This document shows, piece after piece, positions 23,801-36,574 of a stretch of DNA of 64,000 nt. Each line of letters starts with the position of its first letter. Position 1 is the stretch's first letter. The stretch lies in the NCBI GenBank assembly GCA_904063045.1, contig CAJFCJ010000118.1, forward strand, positions 36,723-100,722, in the 5' to 3' direction. Below the pieces are notes generated by a model that was not told the DNA's origin, did no database searches, and was given only the letters and a program-made list of their open reading frames with translations. A program made the translations under genes and the position numbers. Source of the DNA: Dimorphilus gyrociliatus (taxonomy: Eukaryota; Animalia; Annelida).

Positions 23801-26800
23801 TTCATTGTAAAATGGATGATATTTGCATTAGTTTCATATACGTTTGCGATAGGGTTTACGATTGTTTTTCTGGCGAAGATGAGCAGGATTGCCTATTGGG
23901 AGAAAGATTCTTTTGCTCCTCAAACATCAGTATAGCCTATCAGTTTGTATGTGATTTTATTCAAGATTGTCCTGATGGTCTAGACGAAAGAAATTGCGGT
24001 AAATGGATTTCTTTGTATTTGTATAACTCAAAATATTTATCGTCAATTTACAATAAAACTACTTTTTCTTTTTAAATTACAAGAATGGAATGAATGCGAA
24101 AAAGGACAACATCAGTTAGTTTGTCAACTTAGATAAAGTGTTTTTAAGTTACCATTTCTATAATCTATTCATAGATGCCAGAATCATCAATGTATCGGTA
24201 ATGATCTTTATTGCAATAATGAATTTAATTGCTTTGACGGAAGTGACGAAAATTGCATGTCATTTATTGCGTCGAATGGAAAGAAACAAAGTATAATAAA
24301 AAAAATGGCTTTAATTATTTTGCTTTTAACGCAAAAAACGTTCACAAATCGAAGCGGAAGATTGTAATTGATTTGTATTTAGCAGGGAGGGAGATGGGTG
24401 GGGCGAAGAGTGTCAGGGTTAGGAAGATAACATTCTTTTGTGAACGTTTTCTATATTGTATACAAATACTTTTTTATCATCAAAATACACTTTTCACATC
24501 AATAGAATGTCGAAGTGATTTTCAGATGGAATGTGATGATAAATGTCTTCCTGATCAATACGCTTGTGATTTTCAGTTAAATTGTCTAAGCGAAATTGAC
24601 GAATCATTCACACAATGCATGCATACATTTTCACATGATTATAGAAACTGTAATGCGAGAAAGTTGCTTATGAAAAGAAAATCTTACAAGTGTCACCTAA
24701 AATATAGTTCAATGGGCGATATTTTAACAAAACCTCAATCACCATTTAATGAATTATTCGATTGTAAAAGATTTCAATGCGAAATCGGGGAATACAGCTG
24801 TAAAAAATTCAAATATTGTATATCAATTCAACAAGTTTGTGATGGTATTGTGCATTGTTTATATCAGGATGATGAAGTCAATTGTGGTAAGTTCTGAGAA
24901 CCAAAAATTGAGGTCAATAAATAATTTCTCTTACCATCCAGATCAATACTTTAAACCAAAAGGTTATTTCAAATGCAAATACGATGTCGATTATATAAAA
25001 CTGGAAAATGTTTGTGATGGTATCATTCATTGTAGAGTTGGAAGTGATGAATTATATTGCGACACTGTGTTCAAATGTCCTCTGCATTGTCAATGTTCTT
25101 TAAATTATATTGTAATATGCTCATTTTCTAATTGGGAAGAATCATTTAAATATTTAAATGATCTATCATTAAATTACAAAGCACTCTCTCTAAACGGCTC
25201 AAATGGTCGAAATAATGATGGAAAGTTCGTAGAACGAAAAACGATCAAAGTACAATTATCAATAAGCTATTTACACATCAATAATTACAATATTGAAAAT
25301 ATATCACTTTCTTCAACATTCCCAAATGTATTTTCAATGAATTTACAATCAAATAAACTAAACTTGAACAAAACTTTAGACAGCAAATTAAAAAATTTAC
25401 AATCAATTAATTTGAAATTTAGCAAATTCAATATTAACCAATTTTTTACATTTGGTCATCACAAACAGCTTAGATCCATTGATTTATCTTCAACTAATAT
25501 CAAATTTTTTGGTAAAACTTTATTCTTAAATCTTAATAAATTGGAAAGTTTAAAAATTGAAAATTGTAATATTAAACTTATATGGAAAGGAATATTTGAT
25601 TCTTTAAAATTTCTAAAATATTTATCACTAAGGAGGACAAAAATTCCATTAGAAGATGGAATATATTTGGTTAAACCATTAATAAATTTAAATGAATTGT
25701 ATAGTAATTATTTTACACTGTGCTGCTTTGCTTGGAAATATTTGAGTAGAATAATAAACTGTTCACCGGAGAAATCACTTTTTAACTCTTGTTCAGATTT
25801 ATTCAAGTCAACAGCAATTCGAATAATACTATGGTTCATATGTTTTTTGGCCATAATTCAAAATGCTACTTCATTGATTTTTATTACGATTTTTGCATCT
25901 AAAAAAGTCAACGTCTTTCATTTTACACTTATGCTCGCTGATTTTGGAGTGGCAGTCTATGTGTTTATCATTGGATGGCAAGATCTTAAATATAGAGGTC
26001 ATTACATTGAAAATGATATTACTTGGAGAAACAGCTTAACTTGTTCAACTCTAGGTGTAATTTGCAGTTGGGCAATGTTGCTGTCAGCTTTCAGTTTACT
26101 TTTAATTTCACTTGAGAGATTTCAAATGATTTTATATCCATTTCAAAAAATTTTTGGAAGAAGAACATCTATAATTTGTATTGTAGCTATAGCTATACTT
26201 ACTGGATTAATTTCCATTGTGCCTACTATTTTTTACCAAGTGAATAATTTTTAAATATTTAAAAATGAGATAGATAAATTAAGTTTTTCTTTTCTTTTTT
26301 TTAAGCAATTCTACTCAAGATATCCAGTCTGCTTTTCTCTGCATATAACAAGTGAGAAGAGTGAAGGCTGGCTATTTTCATTTATACTATATGGTATTGT
26401 AATTTCTGTTATTTGCATTGTTATTTTGCTGCTATATTTAGCAATTTGGAGAAGAACTCTAAAAGCTAAACATTTAATGGGAGAAGAAAAATTCCATACT
26501 ACCCAAAAAAAATTGTTTCTTAATACTTTCCTTATTGTTTCAACAAATATATGTTGCTCATTTCCAATTTCAATATTAGGTTATTTTTCTACTTTTCTTA
26601 TTACGTGAAGAAGAAGCGTGATAAAATATTCATCAATGAATTTTCTGGTATTCCCCTATACCCCAAAAACTTAAACTATTGCCTGGTTCTTAGTGGAAAA
26701 AATGTCTCTAAAATCAGATTGTTGTAGATCAGAGTATGGGAAAATTGTCCAATGGGTGGGGGAAAACATTGTAGGAGTGGGAAAAGATATTTCGTGGATA

Positions 26801-27869
26801 AAAACTTGTCCTAATCTCTGAGATTCAAAAATATAAATGAATTTGTATATATTATCAAAAGCTGAGCACAGTTTGGCAAAATTCAGAGCAAGAGTAATTT
26901 AATTTTAACCCTGACATATTTTCCCAATCTCCTTCTGATTTGTGGACGTTTTCCGCCGTATCGAAACTAGTTGTTGTCCTAACTCTCCAATCAATTTCTG
27001 TGTTTTTTGTAACTTTTGATATAAGATGCCACCTAGGGCATAAAAAGGTCATTATTGAAAAGAAATATCAGAATATTCATTAGTGATTTCAGTGACATCA
27101 AATAGATTAATCTTATTAGTATCATTTTAGGTATCTATTCAGTTTTCTTTTCACTTACTATAACAAAAGAAGTTTATGCTGGAATTGTTATCATTATTTT
27201 ACCAATTAATTCCATGATTAATCCTTTCTTATACACTTGGTCTGAAGTTAAATCTTATTTAATTGCTAAAAAAATATTGAAAGCTGAAAAAATGTTGGTA
27301 AATCTACAATATTTTGTGTTGAAGTGCAAACGATTTTAATCATTTATCTATTCAGCAAATTGGAAAAGGACAATTTTGAAAATCATTTGAGAAATTCATG
27401 TAAATTTAGATATAAATTTAATTGGTAACTTTTTCTCTCTTTCTTCAAACAGATGCTAATTTTATAAGAAATGTGGATAATTATCATTTAATCACTAACA
27501 ATTCCTCTTTTAATTGTAAAAATGTATTATTTCAACAAGGGACTTGTTTGCTAGTGAATAGCCAAATTTTAACAAATATGAAAGATCTTTTACAGGCATT
27601 AAACTTTTGTCATCTTAATGAATTGGGTTTTTGTGGATTAATTCATTTGGAAAATATTTATTTAAAGGTAAAAGTAGCAATTTCAATACGAAACAATGTA
27701 AAATATAAAATTGACATTTAAGGTGAAGAGTAAAGAGAAACTAAGGTTTTATCTTTCCCTGAAAGATATTAGCCTCTGTGTCAATAGAACGAAACAAGAT
27801 GACATTTTAGCTATTGGCAACTTTTTAAGGAAGCTTTTACAGCTGCAGCAGGCAGTCAAGTTAAAATAA
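20851..27869 (+). CDS. GRL101-like LGR receptor 1: signal, degenerate SRCR/CTL-like modules, LDLa repeats, LRRs, 7TM and a C-terminal kinase-like tail (multi-exon)
   Basis: SRCR-like GIFQVFFNNYW...MAICKYFGY; LDLa VCDRVYDCFSGEDEQDC and VCDGIVHCLYQDDEVNC; LRRs; hinge TLCC; ISLERF in TM3; LPINSMINPFLYT in TM7 (exon from 27131). Tail exons run to TAA at 27867-27869. N-terminal exon boundaries are approximate. Confidence 0.88.
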
Positions 27870-28450
27870 TCACTTTTGTATAACATTAATATTTTTATTA
27901 AATATATTTTAACATAAACAATTAAACATTTCCAAATTAAAAATTTAGAGAAACAATCTTATAGTTAACAGATGAAAACAACTGCAAATATATGGTTCAA
28001 GTTGTTCAAGTTGAGTTACAATTTTCATTAAATTGATGATTCTTTTTGGAATAAACTTTAATTAACATTTGAAATTAATTTATAATTTTCCAACGCAAAT
28101 ATTCTACAGCAGCTTCAAATTTCACACCAATATCACTATGGTCAATTGTAGAATTATACTATCTGGATTAGGTCTTGGGGTTAAGGATTAGCACAATCAG
28201 TATAGACTGGAAATCCTCTTATTGCTATCTAAATGTAAAATAGCAGTTCCTAGCTTAAGCTATCACTTTATCTCCAACTGTCCCACTCCAAATTCTCAAT
28301 AAGGGTGAATAGACACTGCACTGCAGTATTCCACAGTCTCTCTAATTAAAATCTCACAATATTTTGGATCCATTGATCCTTTATCAAGTGTGAAGGAAGG
28401 CCACAGTTAGATTACCACTAGACTGATTAATGACAGGATTGGTGTACCAA

Positions 28451-29148
28451 NNNNNNNNNNNNNNNNNNNNNNNNNNNNNNNNNNNNNNNNNNNNNNNNNN
28501 NNNNNNNNNNNNNNNNNNNNNNNNNNNNNNNNNNNNNNNNNNNNNNNNNNNNNNNNNNNNNNNNNNNNNNNNNNNNNNNNNNNNNNNNNNNNNNNNNNNN
28601 NNNNNNNNNNNNNNNNNNNNNNNNNNNNNNNNNNNNNNNNNNNNNNNNNNNNNNNNNNNNNNNNNNNNNNNNNNNNNNNNNNNNNNNNNNNNNNNNNNNN
28701 NNNNNNNNNNNNNNNNNNNNNNNNNNNNNNNNNNNNNNNNNNNNNNNNNNNNNNNNNNNNNNNNNNNNNNNNNNNNNNNNNNNNNNNNNNNNNNNNNNNN
28801 NNNNNNNNNNNNNNNNNNNNNNNNNNNNNNNNNNNNNNNNNNNNNNNNNNNNNNNNNNNNNNNNNNNNNNNNNNNNNNNNNNNNNNNNNNNNNNNNNNNN
28901 NNNNNNNNNNNNNNNNNNNNNNNNNNNNNNNNNNNNNNNNNNNNNNNNNNNNNNNNNNNNNNNNNNNNNNNNNNNNNNNNNNNNNNNNNNNNNNNNNNNN
29001 NNNNNNNNNNNNNNNNNNNNNNNNNNNNNNNNNNNNNNNNNNNNNNNNNNNNNNNNNNNNNNNNNNNNNNNNNNNNNNNNNNNNNNNNNNNNNNNNNNNN
29101 NNNNNNNNNNNNNNNNNNNNNNNNNNNNNNNNNNNNNNNNNNNNNNNN
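28451..29148. other. Assembly gap (N run)
   Basis: 698 consecutive N. Confidence 1.
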
Positions 29149-29394
29149 AGAATTACATGTATTGACAAAATATCATAAATTGTTAGTAGTATGTAATGAA
29201 AAAATATTCAATTATATAATAAATGAAAAATATGCTTGCAACAGATCCTTGAATACGAATTTATTTATAACCCAAGGTGTTTTTGCTTCACTCATAATTG
29301 CTTGTAATTTTTGGATGGTAATAAGATTCAAAAATCTATTGAAAAGATTTTGTCATAAGAATCTGGAGAATACTGTGAGAGAGGGATCTGTGAT

Positions 29395-30500
29395 CAATGT
29401 GTAAATGGTAATTGTTCTGGAGGATTTTGCTCTTGTTTTAAAGGTTTTGAAGGATCAACATGTGAGATTGAGGCATTGTGTGAAAACTGGTGTATATGAA
29501 TATGACTTGGGTTGGACAAGTAATAATTTTTCAGAGATAGCAAAATAGCAAAAGGGATGTTCAGACCATGGCATGTGTATTGATCATGATAAATGTAAAT
29601 GTGACAAAGGATATTACAGGACCAACTTGTTTACAGTATTCTTGTGAGAATATTAACTATTTCACCAATCATGGATCTTGTCTTGAATTTGATAAGGACT
29701 ATTTTGATAAAAACTAGATGGAAATGAGATTCTTGTTCAATTGCAATTTGTTACAAAGACTGTTCATTGAATGGAGAGAGTGTATTGAACCAAATAAATG
29801 TACATGTAATGCTGGATTTGAGGGGGATTATTGTGAGAATTTAGTAGTATATGCATTGGAGAAGACACTATCAAAGCTATCTTCTTCAGTTTATGTAACT
29901 ATAAATGTTAATGGTGTAAATAAATGTGCAGTAATTAAACATCCAGTTTTGGATGATAAAATTCTCTTAATATATCTATGGGATCTCTTGTATCAAGGAT
30001 AGAAGCAACTGACTCTGATTCTGGTTCAAAAAGAGAAATGACATACAAACTTGAGAAAACTCAAACAGAATCATATATATTTAAAGTGAGAGAAAATTCA
30101 TCTGAGATAATAACATCAAAGTTTACTCTTCCAGTTGGATCATTTGAAAATCATCTTATTGTCTTGGATAAATCTGATGATCATTGTTCAAGTACAATTG
30201 GAGAATATAACTGCAAAAGCAGAAGATGAAACTATTTCTAAAAGAATAAGAAGTGCATTGACAAAGGAGGAAAGTACTTTGAAGGAATTTAGTAAAGAAG
30301 ATACAGATTTTTTAACTTTAGTATTTTTGAATGATGTTACGACATCTGGTGTAGGAAATATTAATACAATATCTTGTTCATTAAGAATTAGCTGATAAAA
30401 GTTCTGAAATGACTTCTTCAATAATTGCTGTTTCCAGTGTTAGTATGATTGTGTTTGTTACATTATTGAAATTTTTCTTCTTATATATTTGAGCCAAAAA
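29395..30500 (+). pseudogene. Degenerate EGF-repeat + cadherin-like + TM gene
   Basis: EGF repeats (CVNGNCSGGFCSCFKGFEGSTC; CIEPNKCTCNAGFEGDYCE), cadherin-like ATDSDSGSK...LIVLDKSD, and a hydrophobic stretch near 30420-30490. Frameshifts and stops occur within domains. Confidence 0.6.
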
Positions 30501-31059
30501 CATATATAAATAACTTAAAAAAAACATTTTGCAAATGACATGCACTAGCATAATTGATGTATTATCAATTTAAACCTCAGAAAGACAAAAAATTGAAGAG
30601 TCCTATGCCCATATAAAAAAGTCAGAGTCTAAAGTTTCATCTTTGTTGACATTCTCTCCTACTTATTTGTTTAGATTTAGTTGATATAAAAGAATTTATG
30701 GAATTGAATGATGAACACCAGTCTAAACTAAAAAATATTTATTGAGTACATAAACAAAGAGAGTACACATTTTGTAGGAAAAGTGCATATTGTGCAGAAA
30801 AGATTATTTGAATGTGATTTTTGACCAAATTCACAAAAACTCAAAGTAGCAGTTTATTATTGTATTAGTATTTTAGTATTTTTGTGCAATCGTCTCTTGT
30901 TCACTTTCAATAGAAAACAATTGCAACAGCAAAGGTAAAATCGACCTTGAAAAAGTCTTTAGCATTGTTAAAGGTTTGTTTTGGTTATTCTTAACAAAAA
31001 ATCTGGATTAAGCAACAGTTATTGGTTTAAATTTATATTAATCATCAGATTTATCCTAC

Positions 31060-32013
31060 TTAGCTCTGATTATGAATATGTGAAATTTGTTGTCCTCTCT
31101 TCATCAAGTTCTTAAACATTGATTTAATTGCAGTATTACTAAAAATAGTTATAAGAGGATTACTGACTCCTTGAATTAATGTTGTATAGTCTGCTATTCC
31201 ACCAACTAGTTGCTTAACTTGGGTTTTAGAATTGTGAATTGAGATATATACAACAATTGAGCAGATAATCCAGAGAAATATAATGAAAAACAATTGTAGT
31301 AGAGTTGCTTTTGAAGATTTGGAAATATTTTTCATCTTTTGAGTTTGAAATTTAATATCATTAGCATGTTTTTTAGCAATTTTCAAGGTTTTAACATGGA
31401 GTACTAAAGCCGTAAAGTGTAGAGGTAGAAAGAATCCAATATAAATAAAATAGTAATAGGGTTTGTGTCTTACATAGCCTTGGCAATAGTTGTCTTTTCT
31501 ATATTTCACCAATGCAGCATAAAAGGGGAATAGATGTAGTACACAGGAGAAAAAAATGACCAAAATGATCATTAACAGTAATCTTGTACAGGTAAAATAC
31601 TTTTGAAAATGAAATGGATATTTAATGACTATATATCTATACACAAAAATTAGGAGAAGAAAATACTGAGTTTGTGCATATATGACGAGAAAACTCATAT
31701 TAACGATAACACAAGCAGCTGGATGTAATTTTTCAGTATTCAATTTCTCTCCAAGCAATAGAGCTATCGCATACAAAGTTATTGTTAATAAATCGGAGAC
31801 AGATACTGCTGGTATAAATATTACAATATTTTCTCTACCAGTTTTCAATTTCTTATAGGCAATTAAAACAATGCTGTTGAAAAATACACCTGCAATGTAC
31901 AATATAGATGTTAATACTTTTGACAAGTTATTGTCCCAATTATGATGTCGATGAGGAATTGGAGAAGATGATAATAATGATGATAATGTAACATCTTCCG
32001 TTGATTCGTCCAT
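31060..32013 (-). CDS. Intronless class A (rhodopsin-like) orphan GPCR, 317 aa
   Basis: Seven hydrophobic segments, TM1 Asn, TM2 SDLL, the DRY position as VYRYIVIKYPF, and TM7 SNPLIT. Confidence 0.9.
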   Translation of the reverse strand: MDESTEDVTLSSLLSSSPIPHRHHNWDNNLSKVLTSILYIAGVFFNSIVLIAYKKLKTGRENIVIFIPAVSVSDLLTITLYAIALLLGEKLNTEKLHPAACVIVNMSFLVIYAQTQYFLLLIFVYRYIVIKYPFHFQKYFTCTRLLLMIILVIFFSCVLHLFPFYAALVKYRKDNYCQGYVRHKPYYYFIYIGFFLPLHFTALVLHVKTLKIAKKHANDIKFQTQKMKNISKSSKATLLQLFFIIFLWIICSIVVYISIHNSKTQVKQLVGGIADYTTLIQGVSNPLITIFSNTAIKSMFKNLMKRGQQISHIHNQS

Positions 32014-32665
32014 TTCAAGATACAGCTAATATGAATTTTGACAACCGACTGCAAAGAAGATATCCTTTGCAGAATCTGCATAAATTGGCTTTTGTTAATT
32101 TTTTAAGGTTGATTGTGGACAGTTGAGTAAAATAATATTTTATTCTGAATATTTAATGAATTAATGGAGAGAAATGTGTTTGCTCTAATCAGGATTTCAA
32201 ATATAAATAACTTTATCCATTGACTATATATTTTCTTTCAACAGATTTTCATTATTTCACAAAGATAATTAGAAGAATCTATTGTTGATTTATCAATAAT
32301 ATGGAACTGTTTGTTTAGTATTAAATAGTCAATTTCTTTCTTCCAGAATCATCACCTAATTTTTCAACTATCATTAATCTAATGTAACATCCATCTATTT
32401 GGTAATCTAAATACATATTTTGCAAGAAATAAGTAATGATTTTATTTTTGCGAAACAGCATGGCAACAAACACCAGTTTCTGGTTTATTCAAACAAGAAA
32501 GTGGAAGAGGCTGTACGAAAAAGAGCTTGAGAAAAAGATGAGATCAGCAGTAAACTGACATTCAGTAGTGTTAAACCTAACCCTTTCAAGTGGTCAGAGG
32601 CCTACAAAGTTGAAATCTGACAACCTCATAATTCTCAAGTAACAAAAATAGGAAAGACTGTTATG

Positions 32666-35600
32666 TCACACATGGGTCCCATCCAAGTACCATACCAAGT
32701 CATCTCTTATCAGCATCTTTTCCAAATGATCAGCATATTCACCCATTTCTGCATTTGAAATTTCTAAACCTTCTAATTTATCTACTACTTTCATCAGTTC
32801 CAAATCTTTAGCTTGTTCTTGTGGAAAATTCATTGTGATTTCACCATCTTCAATTTCATTGCCATTCTCATTTTCGTCATTACTATCTATATCCTCAAAC
32901 TCTTCTGCATCTAGGAAATTACATGAAATTATGTCTTTTCTTTGCATAAGTTGTGTTGCAGACTCTTCAGCCTTTTTACTGTACTCAAATTAAGTTTTCT
33001 TTGAACAAATGTTTGAACCAAACTTTGGTGGTCAGTATATAAGAAGAACTTCTTGTATCTTAGGTAATGTGAAAACTTCTGTGTTGCCCAATAAACAGCA
33101 AAAGCTTCTTTTTGATATGCAGCATACTTGAGCTGTGAATTGATAAGTAATTTTGATGCAAATGAAACTGGTCTCTTGGTTTTCTTTCCATCAGCTCCAA
33201 CAGTTTCTTGCTCTAAGATAGCTCCAACTGCAAAGTCAGATGCATCAGTGGTAAGGTAGAAAGGTTTGTTATAATCAGGTAGCTGTAGGATTGGAGGTGT
33301 TATCATTGCTCTCTTGAGGGTATCAAAGGCTTCTTCTGCTTCCTTAGTCCAGTTGAGTTTGCTGTTTTTACCATGTTCCTTTATCAAATTTCGTAGAGGT
33401 TTGGTAATTCTTGCAAAGTCTTTAATAAACCTTCTATAATATCCACAAAATGCAACAAAACTGAGTAATGTATTTGCAAATACAGGTTTGTTTGCTTCTT
33501 TGATCCTAGCAATTTTCTCTGGATTGGTAGCAATTCCATCTTTACTTATTCTGTGTCCAAGGAATTGAATTGATTCCTGAAGAAAGTTACATTTGCTCAG
33601 CTTGATTCTAAAATCTATTCTCTTGATTTGTTCCAGCACTTTTGTCAAAGCTACTTTATGCTCCTCTAGAGTGTTGGTAAATATGATAATATCATCCATA
33701 TAATTGAGGCAGAATTTATCCAATCCATTTAAAACAAATGTTGCCATAACATAGCTGAAGTGAGGTGGGGCATTTGCTAACCCAAATGGCATTCTATTAA
33801 ACTCAAAGAGGCCAAATGGTGTTATAAATGCTGTTTTCTCTTTATCTGCTTCTTTAATTTTGATGCGGTGATAAGCACTTGTGAGGTCGAGTACAGAGAA
33901 ATATTTATTTTCTCCTCCTAGCTGATCAAATAAATCTTCTTGATGAGGGAGTGGATACCTGTTTTTCTTAGTCTGCTTGTTTAGTTTTCTATAATCAACA
34001 CAAAGTCTTTGCGTTCCTTCTTTCTTTTGTACAAACAGAATAGGAGATGCCCATTCACTTTTACTTATTCTAATAATTCCACTGTTCAGTAAGTCATTAA
34101 CTAGCTTTTTACATTCATCCATTTTCACTGGAGGTAATCTGTATGGTCTTTGCTTGAATGGAGTGGCTTCTTCACAAAGATCAATTGAGAGAGGTGGTAC
34201 ATCAGGTGTGCCAATATCTGTTTGATCTTTAGCCATAATCTCTTCAAATTCTTCAACAATAGTCATCAACTTTCTTCTTTCTTTTTCAATTCTGGTTAAT
34301 TCCACTGCCTTGTCTGAATTCTTTTCATTTCTGATCATTCTAACAGCAAATTTCTTCTTGCTTCTTTTTTTCTTCTTTTCTTCTGTTCTTCCTCCAGCTC
34401 CATGAAAGGATTTCACATGTAATTCTTCTTTTGCATCTTTACCATTCCATATGAAAAAGGGGAGGGATGCAGTTTTTGTTGCAAAGTCCAATCTTGCACC
34501 ACTTTTTGTCAGAAAATCACATCCAAGTACAATTGACAAATCCAGATCCTTTACTACAATGAATTCCTGTTCCAGAATCTTACCAGCAAACTAAATATTC
34601 AATTTACAGTGTCCAAGTGTGTTTAGTCTTGTGCCATCAGCTGTTGTAAAACATGGTGACCCAGGGGGTAATTCCATCTGTACCTTATCACCTAACAGCT
34701 GTATTTCCTTTTCTGTAATGAAGGACATGAGAGTACCTGAATCACACAGAGCCAAAGTTTCTCTCCCTTTTGGATTCACAAATCTAAATATGAAGTCATT
34801 TCTTCCCTTAACTTGAGAAGTACATCGAAAATGATACTTTATTTCTTGTCCCACATGATATATTGCAACTGTTCCAGCTGTATTTTCGCCATCTGATGGT
34901 TTGTCAGGTTTCTCAAAACTGATTCTGTGGAGGGTTGACTTTGATTCAGCTCTCCTGTTTCCATGATGGTTTCTACCATATCTTGGATTGTAACCTCTAT
35001 TCTCTGGATTACTGTGTCTGTGTTGTGGAGGATTATAAGTCTTCCAATCATTTTTCTTCCAATATTGTTCCTCTTTTTCCTCTATTCGTAGACTACTAAG
35101 ATATGCTTCAGCTTCTTTTGCCAAATTTAGATACTGTTTTGCATTGTCAATATTCCTGTGTTGTTCCACATGGTTGACTATATCAGCTCTCAGGCCAGAT
35201 CTCAAGGTGTTTAATAACTGTATTTCTCTTATCCTTTCAATCACAGCAGGCTGATCATTTGCATTTCCAGGCAAGAATTTCTCAATAAGATCACTTGCTC
35301 TCCCAGCAAAACTTGTTACAGTTTCACCAGTTAATTGCTTCAACCTTTCAACATCTCTTTTATAGATAATAGAGGGAGGGTTAAACTCAAAGTCTAAAGT
35401 TCCCCATATATCTTTTTCTGATGCTTCAGGAGGAAGTCTTTCAACAACCAGTCTAGCTTTATCTACAGTGTACTTTCTTAACATTTGTATTCTTTTTGCT
35501 TCAGTATTCCATGAACTTATTTCTGCAGCTGTTCTGAAATTCCTTTTAAAATTCCAGGTGTCCTCTCTTCCAGAATATGGTTTCAACAATGTAGTATTTG

Positions 35601-36571
35601 GTCTTTCACCAGCATCCAAAAGTAAATTTGCCATGGTATGTTCCAATTCAGTGATTCTCATTACCAACTGTTCTGTTGTCCTCTGTCCCCTATTCCTTTC
35701 TTGAGACATTGGCTCACTTGAACTACCAGATTGCAATTTGCGGCTACTTGAACTTCCATACATAGAAGAGTTTTCAGGAAGAGTTAATGAACCAGACTGC
35801 ACATGTTTTGCAATGAAGGATTCACCATCAACAGCTCCACCCAAATTCTTTATTTTCTCCATATATTCTTCCAATTTCAGCATATACTCACTGATTTTCT
35901 TTTCATCTTTACTTGCTCTACTAGTAGAGGGATCACTTCCAGCACTAGCCATTTTTCAAAAAAAAAAGATGAGAATCCTGTCGACTGCGCCAAGTTTGTA
36001 CTTTCCTGCTGAGGTTGTAGGTAAGTACTGGTCCAAATAGAACTGAACCAGGAGTAAGCCACTTAGAAGAGAGATGTAGAATTGATGAAAGATGAATATA
36101 GAACCAAACTGTAAGAATAATATAACTGTATTCTAAAGTAATACTAGACCTGTTCACTAAGGGAGTTGATTCAGGACTGAATGCCTGTTACTGCCTACGC
36201 CCTGCTTTTATACAATTCCTTATCAGTTGTTTATGCCTTGGCTGTCAACAACAAGGGTCTAACCCCAGATAAGGATTGTTCACAACAAACAGGGTCAAGG
36301 GTTATCATATTTTGCAATAGTGATGTAAACAACAACAACTTTGTGTAGGTTACCCGTGAAGGGTCAATTCTTACATCATATTTATGTAAATAAACACTTG
36401 TTGTTGTTGTCAACATGTTTGTTATGTAACATCTTATCCTTTGCCTATAAAAGGGGTTGATTCTGGCAGTTGGGTACCATCTACCCCAGAGGCAACATCT
36501 ACTTCAACACTTCTACCATATAGTAAATATCACTTATAAAATATCTATAAACTATAGTTCATAAGTGTACA
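32666..36571 (-). mobile_element. Ty3/gypsy element C: 5' LTR, PBS, gag-pro-RT-RNaseH; 3'-truncated before integrase
   Basis: LTR 36571-35997 (TGTAC..GTACA). Gag-pro ORF 35952-34591 (LCDSG), RT (LNYMDD) and RNase H (TDASDFAVG, YTDH) in 34539-32929 share one frame across a single TAG. Confidence 0.95.
35973..35992 (-). promoter_or_regulatory. Primer-binding site complementary to the tRNA-Ser 3' end
   Basis: TGGCGCAGTCGACAGGATTC lies 4 nt inside the LTR. It is complementary to ...GAATCCTGTCGACTGCG-CCA, a typical tRNA-Ser acceptor end. Confidence 0.8.
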
Positions 36572-36574
36572 ATA

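Noticed and set aside
28407-29404. Two long ORFs in the track (253 and 324 aa)
   Set aside because: They are artefacts of reading through the N gap.
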